32,000 nt of DNA, from NCBI RefSeq assembly GCF_019464535.1, contig NZ_CP080507.1:2520001-2552000 (forward strand). Direction: 5' to 3'. This DNA comes from Horticoccus luteus (GTDB taxonomy: Bacteria; Verrucomicrobiota; Verrucomicrobiia; Opitutales; Opitutaceae). Each line of letters starts with the position of its first letter. The first letter of the stretch is position 1. Shown here piece by piece: positions 1-7,244 of the stretch. The notes under the pieces were generated by a model that ran no database searches, was not told where the DNA came from, and worked only from the letters and a program-made list of their open reading frames with translations. The position numbers and the translations under genes are program-made.

Positions 1-2
1 CC

Positions 3-614
3 GAATTGGCCCGCACTCTCTTCGGCCTCACGCCCGCGACCGCCGGAGAGATCCTCCTCGACGGAAAATCCGTCACGGTCCGCTCTCCCTCCGAAGCTAT
101 TGCGCACGGACTCGCTTACGTGCCCGAGGACCGCAAAGCGCACGGCGTGATCGAAGATTTGTCGATCGCGGAAAATATTTCCCTCGCGCAACTTCGCCGC
201 GAGGGAGGCCTCTGGTTGCACGACGCTCGCGAGCGGGCCATCGCCGCCGATTACTCGCACCGTCTCGGCGTAAAAGCGCCGTCGCTGCACACGCCCGCTC
301 GCGCCCTGTCCGGCGGCAACCAGCAGAAAGTCGCCCTCGCCCGCTGGCTCGCCACTCATCCGCGCGTGCTGATCCTCGACGAGCCCACGCAAGGCATCGA
401 TGTCGGCGCGAAGGCGGAACTTCACCGCCTGATGGGCGAGCTGGCCCGGCAGGGCCTCGCCCTCATCCTCATCTCCTCCGAACTTCCGGAACTCCTCGCG
501 CTCGCCGACCGTATCGCCGTCATGCGCGAGGGCGGTGTGGCCGGCGTGCTCCCCGCTGCGGGCGCGACGCGCGAACACGTGCTGCAACTCGCCATGACGA
601 AAGTCTCCGCGTGA
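3..614 (+). CDS. Sugar (CUT2-type) ABC transporter ATP-binding protein, 5'-partial (only the C-terminal nucleotide-binding domain is in the window)
   Basis: ORF 6..614 runs off the left edge. It has the ABC signature LSGGNQQKVALARWL, Walker B LILDEPTQGID and an ISSELPELL motif typical of the second NBD of ribose/rhamnose/AI-2 type importers. Its stop overlaps the next start (GTGA, 611-614). Confidence 0.85.
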   Translation, partial: ELARTLFGLTPATAGEILLDGKSVTVRSPSEAIAHGLAYVPEDRKAHGVIEDLSIAENISLAQLRREGGLWLHDARERAIAADYSHRLGVKAPSLHTPARALSGGNQQKVALARWLATHPRVLILDEPTQGIDVGAKAELHRLMGELARQGLALILISSELPELLALADRIAVMREGGVAGVLPAAGATREHVLQLAMTKVSA

Positions 615-1546
615 AATCCGCCCAACGCGAACTCGCCCTCCTCGGCGCCATTCTCGTGCTCGGCCTGCTGCCGCTCTTCGGCGTGCCGGGTTTTTATACC
701 GTGGCCAATCTGCGCAACCTCGCGCTCGACAACGTGCCCGTTCTGGTCACCGCGATCGGCATGACCGCCGTCATCATCGTTGCGGAAATCGACATCTCGG
801 TCGGCTCGGTCTTCGTCGTTTGCGGCGCCCTCGCCGGCCTGACCGCTCAAGCAGGACTGCCGATGCCGTTGGTCGTCGCCACCACCCTCGGCGCCGGCGC
901 GCTCTTCGGCGCCGTCAACGGTCTGCTCGTCGCCTGGGCCCGCGTGCCGTCGATCATCGCGACGCTCGGCACCATGGCGATCCTCCGCAACGGCATCATC
1001 CACGCGACGGGCGGCGCGTGGATTCAAAATCTGCCCCCCGGATTCCAATGGTTCGGCCTCGGCCAAAACCTCGCGCAACCTGTCTATCTCATGCTCGCGC
1101 TCGCCCTCGTTGTCGCGGGTGTCTGGACGCTGCGGCAGACGTCGCTCGGCCGCTCGCTTTATGCGGTCGGTTGCGACCGGGTGGCGGCGCGGCGCGTCGG
1201 GCTCAATCCGCCCGCCATCATTCTCGCCGCGTTCGTTCTCCTCGGCACGCTCACGGCGATGGCCGCGTTGTTCAACTTCACGCGTTATCCCACCATCGAA
1301 ACCAACGCCGGCGTGGGCTTCGAGCTGCAGGTCATCGCGGCTGTCGTCGTCGGCGGCACGGCAGTCACCGGCGGCCGGGGCAATCTCCTCGGCACGCTCC
1401 TGGGCGTCGTGCTGCTGGGCATGATCGGCACCGTGCTCACGTTTTTGCACATCAACCCGGCGTGGGCGCAGGCGATCGAGGGACTCATCATCCTCGCCGC
1501 CGTCGTCAGCGACACCGCGTTTGGGCGGGACCACGCGCATGACTGA
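611..1546 (+). CDS. Sugar ABC transporter permease (RbsC-type)
   Basis: 311 aa polytopic hydrophobic ORF with RbsC-type permease patterns (IIATLGTMAILRNG, VVVGGTAVTGGRGNLLGT). It is translationally coupled to both neighbours. Confidence 0.85.
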   Translation: MKSAQRELALLGAILVLGLLPLFGVPGFYTVANLRNLALDNVPVLVTAIGMTAVIIVAEIDISVGSVFVVCGALAGLTAQAGLPMPLVVATTLGAGALFGAVNGLLVAWARVPSIIATLGTMAILRNGIIHATGGAWIQNLPPGFQWFGLGQNLAQPVYLMLALALVVAGVWTLRQTSLGRSLYAVGCDRVAARRVGLNPPAIILAAFVLLGTLTAMAALFNFTRYPTIETNAGVGFELQVIAAVVVGGTAVTGGRGNLLGTLLGVVLLGMIGTVLTFLHINPAWAQAIEGLIILAAVVSDTAFGRDHAHD

Positions 1547-3605
1547 GACCGCTACCGCTCGCCCGCCTTGGCTGGCCCGCTGGTGCCCCAACGCCGAATG
1601 GGTGCTGTTGGTCGTGTTGGCGCTGGAGATTTCCGTCTTTGGACTGACCGCGCCCCATTTTTTCACGACCAACAACGCATTTGATCTGGTCCGCCAGGCC
1701 GCCGAGATCGGACTGCTCGTGCTCGGCCTCACGCCCGTGATCAAAACCGGCGGCATCGATCTTTCGGTCGCTTCCATGATGGGCTTGGCCGCCGTCGTGC
1801 TCGGCGGCGCCTGGTCGGTCCTCGGACTTCCCCTCGGCGCGGCGCTCGTCGTTACCCTGCTGCTCGGAGCCGCGGGCGGCGCGTTTCACGGCCTGCTCAT
1901 CACCCGCCTCCGCGTGCCGCCGCTCATCGTCACGCTCGGCACTTTCTCGCTCTATCGCGGCCTCGCTGAGGCGATGACCGGCGGTTACGCCAGCTACTCG
2001 GGTTTTCCGACATGGTTTCTCAACCTCGGCCAAGGTCGCGTCGCCGGTTGGGTGCCCGCGCAACTGCCCTTGTTCGCAGCCGTATTCGCCGGCCTCTGGC
2101 TCATGCTGCACCGCGCGAAACTTGGCCGCGAAATCGCCGCCCTCGGCTTCAACGCCGCCGGAGCGCGCTTCGCGGGCGTCCGCGTCAACCGCGTGCTTGT
2201 CCGCGCCTACGTGATTTGCGGCCTCTGCTCCGCGCTCGCCGGCCTCATTTACGTCGCCCGCATCGGCCAGGCCAAGGCGGACGCCGGCTTCGGCTACGAA
2301 TTGCCCGCGATCGCCGCCGTCGTGCTGGGTGGCACGTCCATCATGGGCGGACGCGGCACGCTCCACGGCTCGTTGCTCGGTCTGCTCTGCCTCGTCGTGT
2401 TGCAAAACGGCCTGCGCCTCGCCGGTGAACCCGAGGAAATCGCCGGCTTGGGCGCCGGACTGATTCTTCTGGTCGCCATCATTCTCAACCAGTCGTGGAC
2501 GCGGATGCGCCGCACCCGTCAGATTTCCTTGCTCCGCCCATCGACCCCACTTGCTCCGGAGGAATTCCACATGAAAAACAGCCAGATCGCCCTCCTCGTC
2601 GCCGCGATGTTTGCGGCCGCCCTCCTCGTCGCCGGGAGTAACTGGTGGCTCGTTCGCTCGCTGCGCAGCGTCGCCGCCACCCGCACCGCCCCCGCGCCCG
2701 CCAAACTTACGATCGCCGTCACGCCAAAAACCACCACCGATCCTTATTTCGTCACCTGCAAAGAGGGCGCCGACGAAGCCGCGCGCGAACTCGACGTCAA
2801 TCTCCTCTGGAACGGCCCCATCACCGGCGATCCCGCCGCCCAGAACGAAATCGTCAACGGCTGGATTACCAAGGGCGTGGACGTGATCGCCGGCGCGCTC
2901 GTCAACCCCGCCGCCATCTCGTCCGTCCTGCGCAAAGCCCAGAACCAAGGCATCACCGTGCTCACTTGGGATTCCGACGCCGAGCCCGACGCGCGCGAAT
3001 TCTTCGTTAACCAAGCCACCGCCGAAGGCATCGGCTCCACCCTCGCCGACGAAGGCGCCCGCCTCGCCGACGGCCAGGGGCAATACGCCATCATCACCGC
3101 GACCCTGACTGACACGAACCAGAACGAATGGATCAAAGCCATCAAGGCGCGCATGGCGGCCGCGCATCCCGGCATGACCCTCGCGACGATTCATCCCTGC
3201 GACGGCCAGCGCGACAAAGCCATGACCGAGGCCCGCAACATCGTGCAGGCCTACCCCGGCGTAAAAGTGCTCATCGCCATCTGCTCGCCCGCCGTCCCCG
3301 GCGCCGCCGAGGCGCTCAAGCAGGCCGACAACCACAACGTAAAACTGACCGGTCTTTCCACGCCCAACCTCTGCCGCGATTACCTTCACGAAGGTTGGGT
3401 GCAAAGCATCGTGCTCTGGAATACCCGCGATCTCGGCTACCTCACCGTGTACGCATCCGCGGCGGCCCGCGAAGGCCGGCTCAAGCGTGGCGACACGAGT
3501 TTCACCGCCGGCCGGCTCGGCCCACTCAAGGTGGACCGCGACCAAATCCTTCTCGGACAACCTCTGGTCTTCACCACGGCCAACATTGATCAGTTTCACT
3601 TTTGA
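1539..3605 (+). CDS. ABC transporter permease fused in frame to a periplasmic sugar-binding (RhaS/LsrB/RbsB-like) domain
   Basis: The single open frame 1521..3605 (694 aa) has no internal stop. The ATG at 1539 overlaps the upstream stop. The N-terminal ~330 aa form a second RbsC-type permease (IVTLGTFSLYRG, VVLGGTSIMGGRGTLHGS). From the in-frame ATG at 2571 (MKNSQIALLVAAMFAAALLVAG) onward there is a 344 aa periplasmic-binding-protein-like domain with an N-terminal signal-anchor-like helix. Confidence 0.75.
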   Translation: MTETATARPPWLARWCPNAEWVLLVVLALEISVFGLTAPHFFTTNNAFDLVRQAAEIGLLVLGLTPVIKTGGIDLSVASMMGLAAVVLGGAWSVLGLPLGAALVVTLLLGAAGGAFHGLLITRLRVPPLIVTLGTFSLYRGLAEAMTGGYASYSGFPTWFLNLGQGRVAGWVPAQLPLFAAVFAGLWLMLHRAKLGREIAALGFNAAGARFAGVRVNRVLVRAYVICGLCSALAGLIYVARIGQAKADAGFGYELPAIAAVVLGGTSIMGGRGTLHGSLLGLLCLVVLQNGLRLAGEPEEIAGLGAGLILLVAIILNQSWTRMRRTRQISLLRPSTPLAPEEFHMKNSQIALLVAAMFAAALLVAGSNWWLVRSLRSVAATRTAPAPAKLTIAVTPKTTTDPYFVTCKEGADEAARELDVNLLWNGPITGDPAAQNEIVNGWITKGVDVIAGALVNPAAISSVLRKAQNQGITVLTWDSDAEPDAREFFVNQATAEGIGSTLADEGARLADGQGQYAIITATLTDTNQNEWIKAIKARMAAAHPGMTLATIHPCDGQRDKAMTEARNIVQAYPGVKVLIAICSPAVPGAAEALKQADNHNVKLTGLSTPNLCRDYLHEGWVQSIVLWNTRDLGYLTVYASAAAREGRLKRGDTSFTAGRLGPLKVDRDQILLGQPLVFTTANIDQFHF

Positions 3606-3648
3606 GCCCGTCGGCGGCCCGTACTGTTATGTTTCGACGCCGCTCGCT

Positions 3649-3790
3649 CCCGCCGCGCGATCGCAAAAAAGCCGGGCTCTTCCGGGATCAACGGGCGTGC
3701 CATGTCTCCCACGTCATCGATGGCCTTCGTTCCGTCGACTACATATTACAAAGCCTGACCCCATTCGACTCGTTCCCCATTCGACTCGTT
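3649..3790 (-). repeat. Repeat copy A: truncated 5' end (leader plus ~17 codons) of a RAYT-like gene, a ~25 nt REP-like motif, and a 19+16 bp tandem unit
   Basis: 3653-3774 matches 6992-7113 with 2 mismatches (3716/7055, 3734/7073). On the minus strand it reads ...ggggtcaggctttgtaatatgtagtcgacgg...ATGGCACGCCCGTTG (MARPL...). This is collinear with the leader and start (MARPLRM) of the intact RAYT-like gene at 6926. Confidence 0.8.
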
Positions 3791-3804
3791 CCTGGGGGTC
3801 GACG

Positions 3805-4026
3805 ATGTTTGTGATTGATGGCAAAAAATACTTCGGAGGTGATGTTAGCTATTATTTTCAAGGAATGGCAAGTGCAGCTCGCGGATGGAGTAGCCCAAAT
3901 ACGAGAATGATAGTGTGGTATAATACCTTTAAGCATCAGCCACGCAGGAGCGATGAGGCAGTGCTAGGTCTTGTAAAGTGGTCGGAGAGAGGTTTTGAGT
4001 TTTACAACTCGCGATATAGAAAGTGA
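3805..4026 (+). CDS. Hypothetical small protein (73 aa), AT-rich cassette gene 1
   Basis: The ATG at 3805 follows a GGGGG run (3794-3798). Only the AT-rich part of track ORF 3487..4026 is taken as coding. I recognise no family. The stop overlaps the next possible start (GTGA at 4023-4026). Confidence 0.45.
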   Translation: MFVIDGKKYFGGDVSYYFQGMASAARGWSSPNTRMIVWYNTFKHQPRRSDEAVLGLVKWSERGFEFYNSRYRK

Positions 4027-4538
4027 AAGCGATGAAAAAATTAAATTTAATGGGATGGTTTCTAATTGCTATATTTTTTATAGCGTTAGCAATAGTGGGT
4101 GCCGATGTTTACTTGTCGTTTACGCGAGAAAGGAGGGAATGTCGTAAGTTGATGTCAGTGGTTTCGAGCATAGGTGTTAAGTCTTACCTTTTGCAGTGGG
4201 TAGATAAAAATGCCAATATCGCTGGCGTTGAAAAATACACTGTGTCATTACCAGGAAGTCTCAGTAACGTAATATTAGATCGACCGGTGGACTGGCAGTT
4301 TTTGCACTTTCGGGCAGAGCAGTCGAAAGTTGCTTTGATCGGGCGTCATAATAAGTATGAAGCCGCTTTTTTCTATGAGGGTCGCCGTAGTGGAATTTTG
4401 GTGCCATTTAATCAAGAGCTTGGAGATGTTACAAAATATTTTGTCGATAAGTGGGGAGAAAAAATAGATAGTCGCGTTTATATAATTTGCGACCTAGGAG
4501 ATTACGATCAGGAGGATAGGAAAAGCGGCAACCAATAG
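4023..4538 (+). CDS. Hypothetical membrane-anchored protein (171 aa), AT-rich cassette gene 2
   Basis: ORF 4023..4538 (GTG start; alternative ATG at 4032). It has an N-terminal TM helix (LMGWFLIAIFFIALAIVGADVYL) followed by a ~130 aa soluble domain. AT-rich codon usage differs from the rest of the window (14/60 G+C at 4021-4080). No family recognised. Confidence 0.6.
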   Translation: MKAMKKLNLMGWFLIAIFFIALAIVGADVYLSFTRERRECRKLMSVVSSIGVKSYLLQWVDKNANIAGVEKYTVSLPGSLSNVILDRPVDWQFLHFRAEQSKVALIGRHNKYEAAFFYEGRRSGILVPFNQELGDVTKYFVDKWGEKIDSRVYIICDLGDYDQEDRKSGNQ

Positions 4539-4552
4539 CGGGCGGGTATGAT

Positions 4553-5924
4553 CCGGAGTGATAGGTGACAGATTATCCGGGGTGATGGGTTACACTCTGC
4601 GGCACTATGCCGTGGAAAACCACCACCCCAATGGAAGAGATCATTCGTTTCGTCAGCTTGGCGCAGACCGATCGGTTCACGATCACGGATCTGTGCGAGC
4701 AGTTTAACATCAGCCGGAAGACGGCCTATAAGCATTTGGAACGCTACGCCGAAGGCGGCCTGCGGCTTTGAGCCCGCGCAGCCACCGCCCGCACCGTTTT
4801 CCGCAGCGCACGGACGCGCAGATCGAGAAGCTGGTCCTGGCGGAGCGTCGCCTGCACCGGACCTGGGGGCCGAAAAAGATCCAGGACTTGCTGGAGACCA
4901 AGCACGGGGTGGAACGGCCACCGGCTTGCAGCACCATCGGCGAGATCCTGCGGCGGCACGGGCAGAGCGTGAAGCGCCGCCGTCGGCCCGGGGTTTATCC
5001 CGCCCTCAACCAGGCGCTGACGGTGCCCAATCAGCCCAATCAGGTCTGGACCGTGGACTTCAAAGGCTGGTTCCTGCTCGGCAACAACCAGCGCTGCGAT
5101 CCGCTGACCATCTGCGACCGCTACAGCCATTACGTCATGGCGGTGCGGGGCCAGCCCGACCAGCAGTTCCGCCGGACCCTGGGCGACCTTCCGGGCGCTC
5201 ATGCGCCAGACCGGCCTGCCCGAGATCATCCGGGTGGACCTTGGATCGCCCTTCGCCTCGACCGGGCTGGGCCGGCTCTCCGCCTTGAGCGTGGGGTGGA
5301 TTGAGCAGGGCATCGAAGTCGAGTTCACCCGCCCGGCCTCGCCACAGGACAACGGCTCGCACGAGCGCATGCACCGCGATCTCAAGGCCGAGGCCACCCA
5401 ACCTCCTTCGCCCACCTTCACCGCCCAGCAGCGCCGCTTCGAGCGCTGGCGGCACACCTACAACCACGAACGACCGCACGAGGCGCTGAACCTGCAACGT
5501 CCGGCCGAGGTTTACCGTCCCAGCACCCGACGCTTGAACGAGCACGACAAACCCATCGTCTATGCCCCGGAGTTCGAGGTGAAGGTGGTCAGCACCAGCG
5601 GCCATGTCGCCCACGAAGGAAAGAACTACCACCTCGGCGAAGCCTTCGCCGGCAAACGCGTGGGCCTGCGCCGTGCTCCCGACGGCCAGACGGAACTGCA
5701 TTTTGCCAATATCCTGCTCGGCCATCTGCGCTTTGATGCCGAAGGTGGCCGCTTCAAACCGACCGCCTACGTCGCTCCCTTCCGCCCGATCCATCCAGAA
5801 AAGGGAGGGAGCCAAGCCCCCTCCCTTAAACCCTCCCCTTAAATATACTTGGCCTCCAACCCTCCCAACCTATCAACAAAAAGTGTCACCTATCACTCCG
5901 GATAGTTTGTTACCTATCACCGGG
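4553..5924 (+). mobile_element. IS481-like insertion sequence (~1.37 kb) with ~45 bp imperfect terminal inverted repeats
   Basis: The left end (4553-4596, ccggagtgataggtgacagattatccggggtgatgggttaca) matches the reverse complement of the right end (5884-5924, tgtcacctatcactccggatagtttgttacctatcaccggg). The ends enclose a DDE/rve-type transposase reading frame. Confidence 0.8.
4607..5842 (+). pseudogene. IS481-family DDE transposase, disrupted by two frameshifts
   Basis: The HTH-containing N-terminus (MPWKTTTPMEEIIRFVSLAQTDRFTITDLCEQFNISRKTAYKHLERYAEGGLRL) is in frame 2 and stops at 4769-4771. The sequence continues in frame 1 (PRSHRPHRFPQRTD...VWTVDFKG...) to about 5185. It then returns to frame 2 (GLPEIIRVDLGSPF...NGSHERMHRDLK...) up to 5842. 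The DDE-like residues are present. There is no slippery heptamer at either junction. Confidence 0.8.
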
Positions 5925-5934
5925 TACCGGAAAA

Positions 5935-5960
5935 GGGGGTCTGGCTTTGTAGTTTGTAGT
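5935..5960 (-). repeat. REP-like motif copy, immediately 3' of the RAYT-like gene (actacaaactacaaagccagaccccc on the minus strand)
   Basis: Matches actacatattacaaagcctgacccc (3738-3762, 7077-7101) at 22/25 positions, and 6954-6977, but in inverted orientation relative to those copies. Confidence 0.7.
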
Positions 5961-6926
5961 TCATGCCAGTTGCTTGCTCAATCGCACATCCGGGTTTCGT
6001 TTCCAACGCCCAACCTGACGACTGACTTCGTGCAGGCCTCCCATATTGAGGGCCTCTCCCAGCCAGCGGTTGGTCGCCGTCGTGCGGTCTTTCATCGCCG
6101 CCGCCAACGCGGTTTTCCAAACCGCTGATTTCCTTTCCTGCTCCACGTCCGCGGGCCCGCGTTTGAGTCTGGCCAGCAAGGCCGCTAACTCTTCCTGCCA
6201 AAGCGCCTCGCGGGTCGCCTTCATTTCGGCGGCCATCCGCCGTCCCTGCCCCACCAGAGCCCGGTGCTCCTGCAGGACTGCTTTGGCAAAACTCGTGGTT
6301 CCCACGATCCACCCTTTCGACATCTCGGCAAACCTCTGCTCCTTCTGGGCCGGTTCATCCTCGGCGAGCCAGTTCAGATATCCCAGGTATTTCTTCCGCC
6401 CGGCGGCGGTGTCCGCAAGGGATCCGGCATGCGTCAACGCCGGTTGCGGATCATACCAGTCGGGACGTTTTTTCGAATTCATCAACCAGTGCAGGCTCGC
6501 CCAGGGATATTCGGTCAGGTCGGCGACGTTTCGCAACCCGGCGCGGACGGGATTGAGATGGATGTAATGACAAAGCGGGCCGAGCCCGGCGTCGGGATCG
6601 ACGATCAAACTCTTGTAACGACCTTGGAAAAGATGGCCACGTTCCTCACGCAATCGGTTGAACCGCACCGCGAAGGTCCCCTGCAACCAGCGCATCCCTT
6701 CCACCAAATTGGCGGCGGGCGTGGAGACCGCCAGATGGTAGTGATTCGACATCAGGCACCACGCATGCACCTGCCAGCCCGTTTTGGCACAGGCTTCATC
6801 CAAACACGTCAGGAACGCCGCCCGGGTCTTTTCACTCCGAAAAATATCCGCCCGGTAATTGCCCCGGTTGATCACATGATAAACCCCCGCCTCCGATTCC
6901 ATCCGCAATGGTCTCGCCATGCCCAC
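5961..6926 (-). CDS. REP-associated tyrosine transposase (RAYT)-like HUH / IS200-like Y1 transposase with a C-terminal HTH-like tail
   Basis: 321 aa ORF with the HUH motif (LMSNHYHLAV) and the tyrosine motif region (CHYIHLNPVRAGL). The N-terminus MARPLRMESEAGVYHVINRGN is typical of this family. Copies of a ~25 nt motif lie just outside both ends. Confidence 0.85.
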   Translation of the reverse strand: MGMARPLRMESEAGVYHVINRGNYRADIFRSEKTRAAFLTCLDEACAKTGWQVHAWCLMSNHYHLAVSTPAANLVEGMRWLQGTFAVRFNRLREERGHLFQGRYKSLIVDPDAGLGPLCHYIHLNPVRAGLRNVADLTEYPWASLHWLMNSKKRPDWYDPQPALTHAGSLADTAAGRKKYLGYLNWLAEDEPAQKEQRFAEMSKGWIVGTTSFAKAVLQEHRALVGQGRRMAAEMKATREALWQEELAALLARLKRGPADVEQERKSAVWKTALAAAMKDRTTATNRWLGEALNMGGLHEVSRQVGRWKRNPDVRLSKQLA

Positions 6927-6953
6927 ACTCCATTAATGGCTTTCGCCCCGTCA

Positions 6954-6977
6954 ACTACATATTACAAAACCTGACCC
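6954..6977 (+). repeat. REP-like motif copy, immediately 5' of the RAYT-like gene
   Basis: actacatattacaaaacctgaccc. It has one internal mismatch to the copies at 3738-3762 and 7077-7101. Confidence 0.7.
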
Positions 6978-6987
6978 TTGACCGGTG

Positions 6988-7132
6988 CCCTCCGCGCGAT
7001 CGCAAAAAAGCCGGGCTCTTCCGGGATCAACGGGCGTGCCATGTCTCCCACGTCGTCGATGGCCTTCGTTCCCTCGACTACATATTACAAAGCCTGACCC
7101 CATTCGACTCGTTTGACCCCATTCGACTCGTT
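6988..7132 (-). repeat. Repeat copy B: same truncated RAYT-like 5' remnant, REP-like motif, and a perfect 2 x 19 bp tandem
   Basis: 6992-7113 matches 3653-3774 (2 mismatches). It is followed by tgaccccattcgactcgtt twice (7095-7113, 7114-7132). Confidence 0.8.
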
Positions 7133-7244
7133 CACTCCTCCGGACGAAGCGCCAGCGAAGGAGGAAGCAGACGGCGTGACATCGCGTAGCGATGGCGCGA
7201 CGTGTGCCGCATGTTCCACGTTGCTCGTGAGCGCAAGCAACCAC

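Noticed and set aside
1506-3599. Very long ORFs antisense to, or out of frame with, the called genes. Examples: 422..1777 (-), 1506..3599 (-), 16073..17446 (+), 19839..21200 (-), 27041..28717 (-), 28868..30097 (-), 30263..31864 (-).
   Set aside because: Their translations are low-complexity Arg/Gly/Ala/Asp-rich strings with no recognisable motifs. They mirror genes with clear family signatures on the other strand. Stop-poor shadow frames are expected in ~70% G+C DNA.
3661-3690. A terminator-like element on the minus strand inside the repeats (CCGG-aagagc-CCGG followed by cTTTTTT); the same sequence occurs at 7000-7029.
   Set aside because: The stem is only 4 bp, which is too weak to call. 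It lies within the remnant coding sequence.
3756-3790. The short tandem repeats (16-19 bp units) as a possible CRISPR or mini-array.
   Set aside because: There are only two directly abutting units with no spacers and no cas genes. They are part of the RAYT-associated repeat.
3487-3804. Upstream part of track ORF 3487..4026 (+), and small ORFs 3602..3814 (+) and 6908..7189 (+) that read through the ~140 bp repeats.
   Set aside because: They span the 3' end of the binding-protein gene and the non-coding repeat. The composition change at about 3797, and the repeat being a minus-strand gene remnant, argue against coding on this strand.
4760-5200. Possible programmed ribosomal frameshifting in the IS transposase (IS3-style orfA/orfB).
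   Set aside because: There is no A AAA AAG-type slippery heptamer at either junction. Two shifts of opposite sign would be needed. IS481-type transposases are normally a single ORF, so decay or sequencing indels are more parsimonious.
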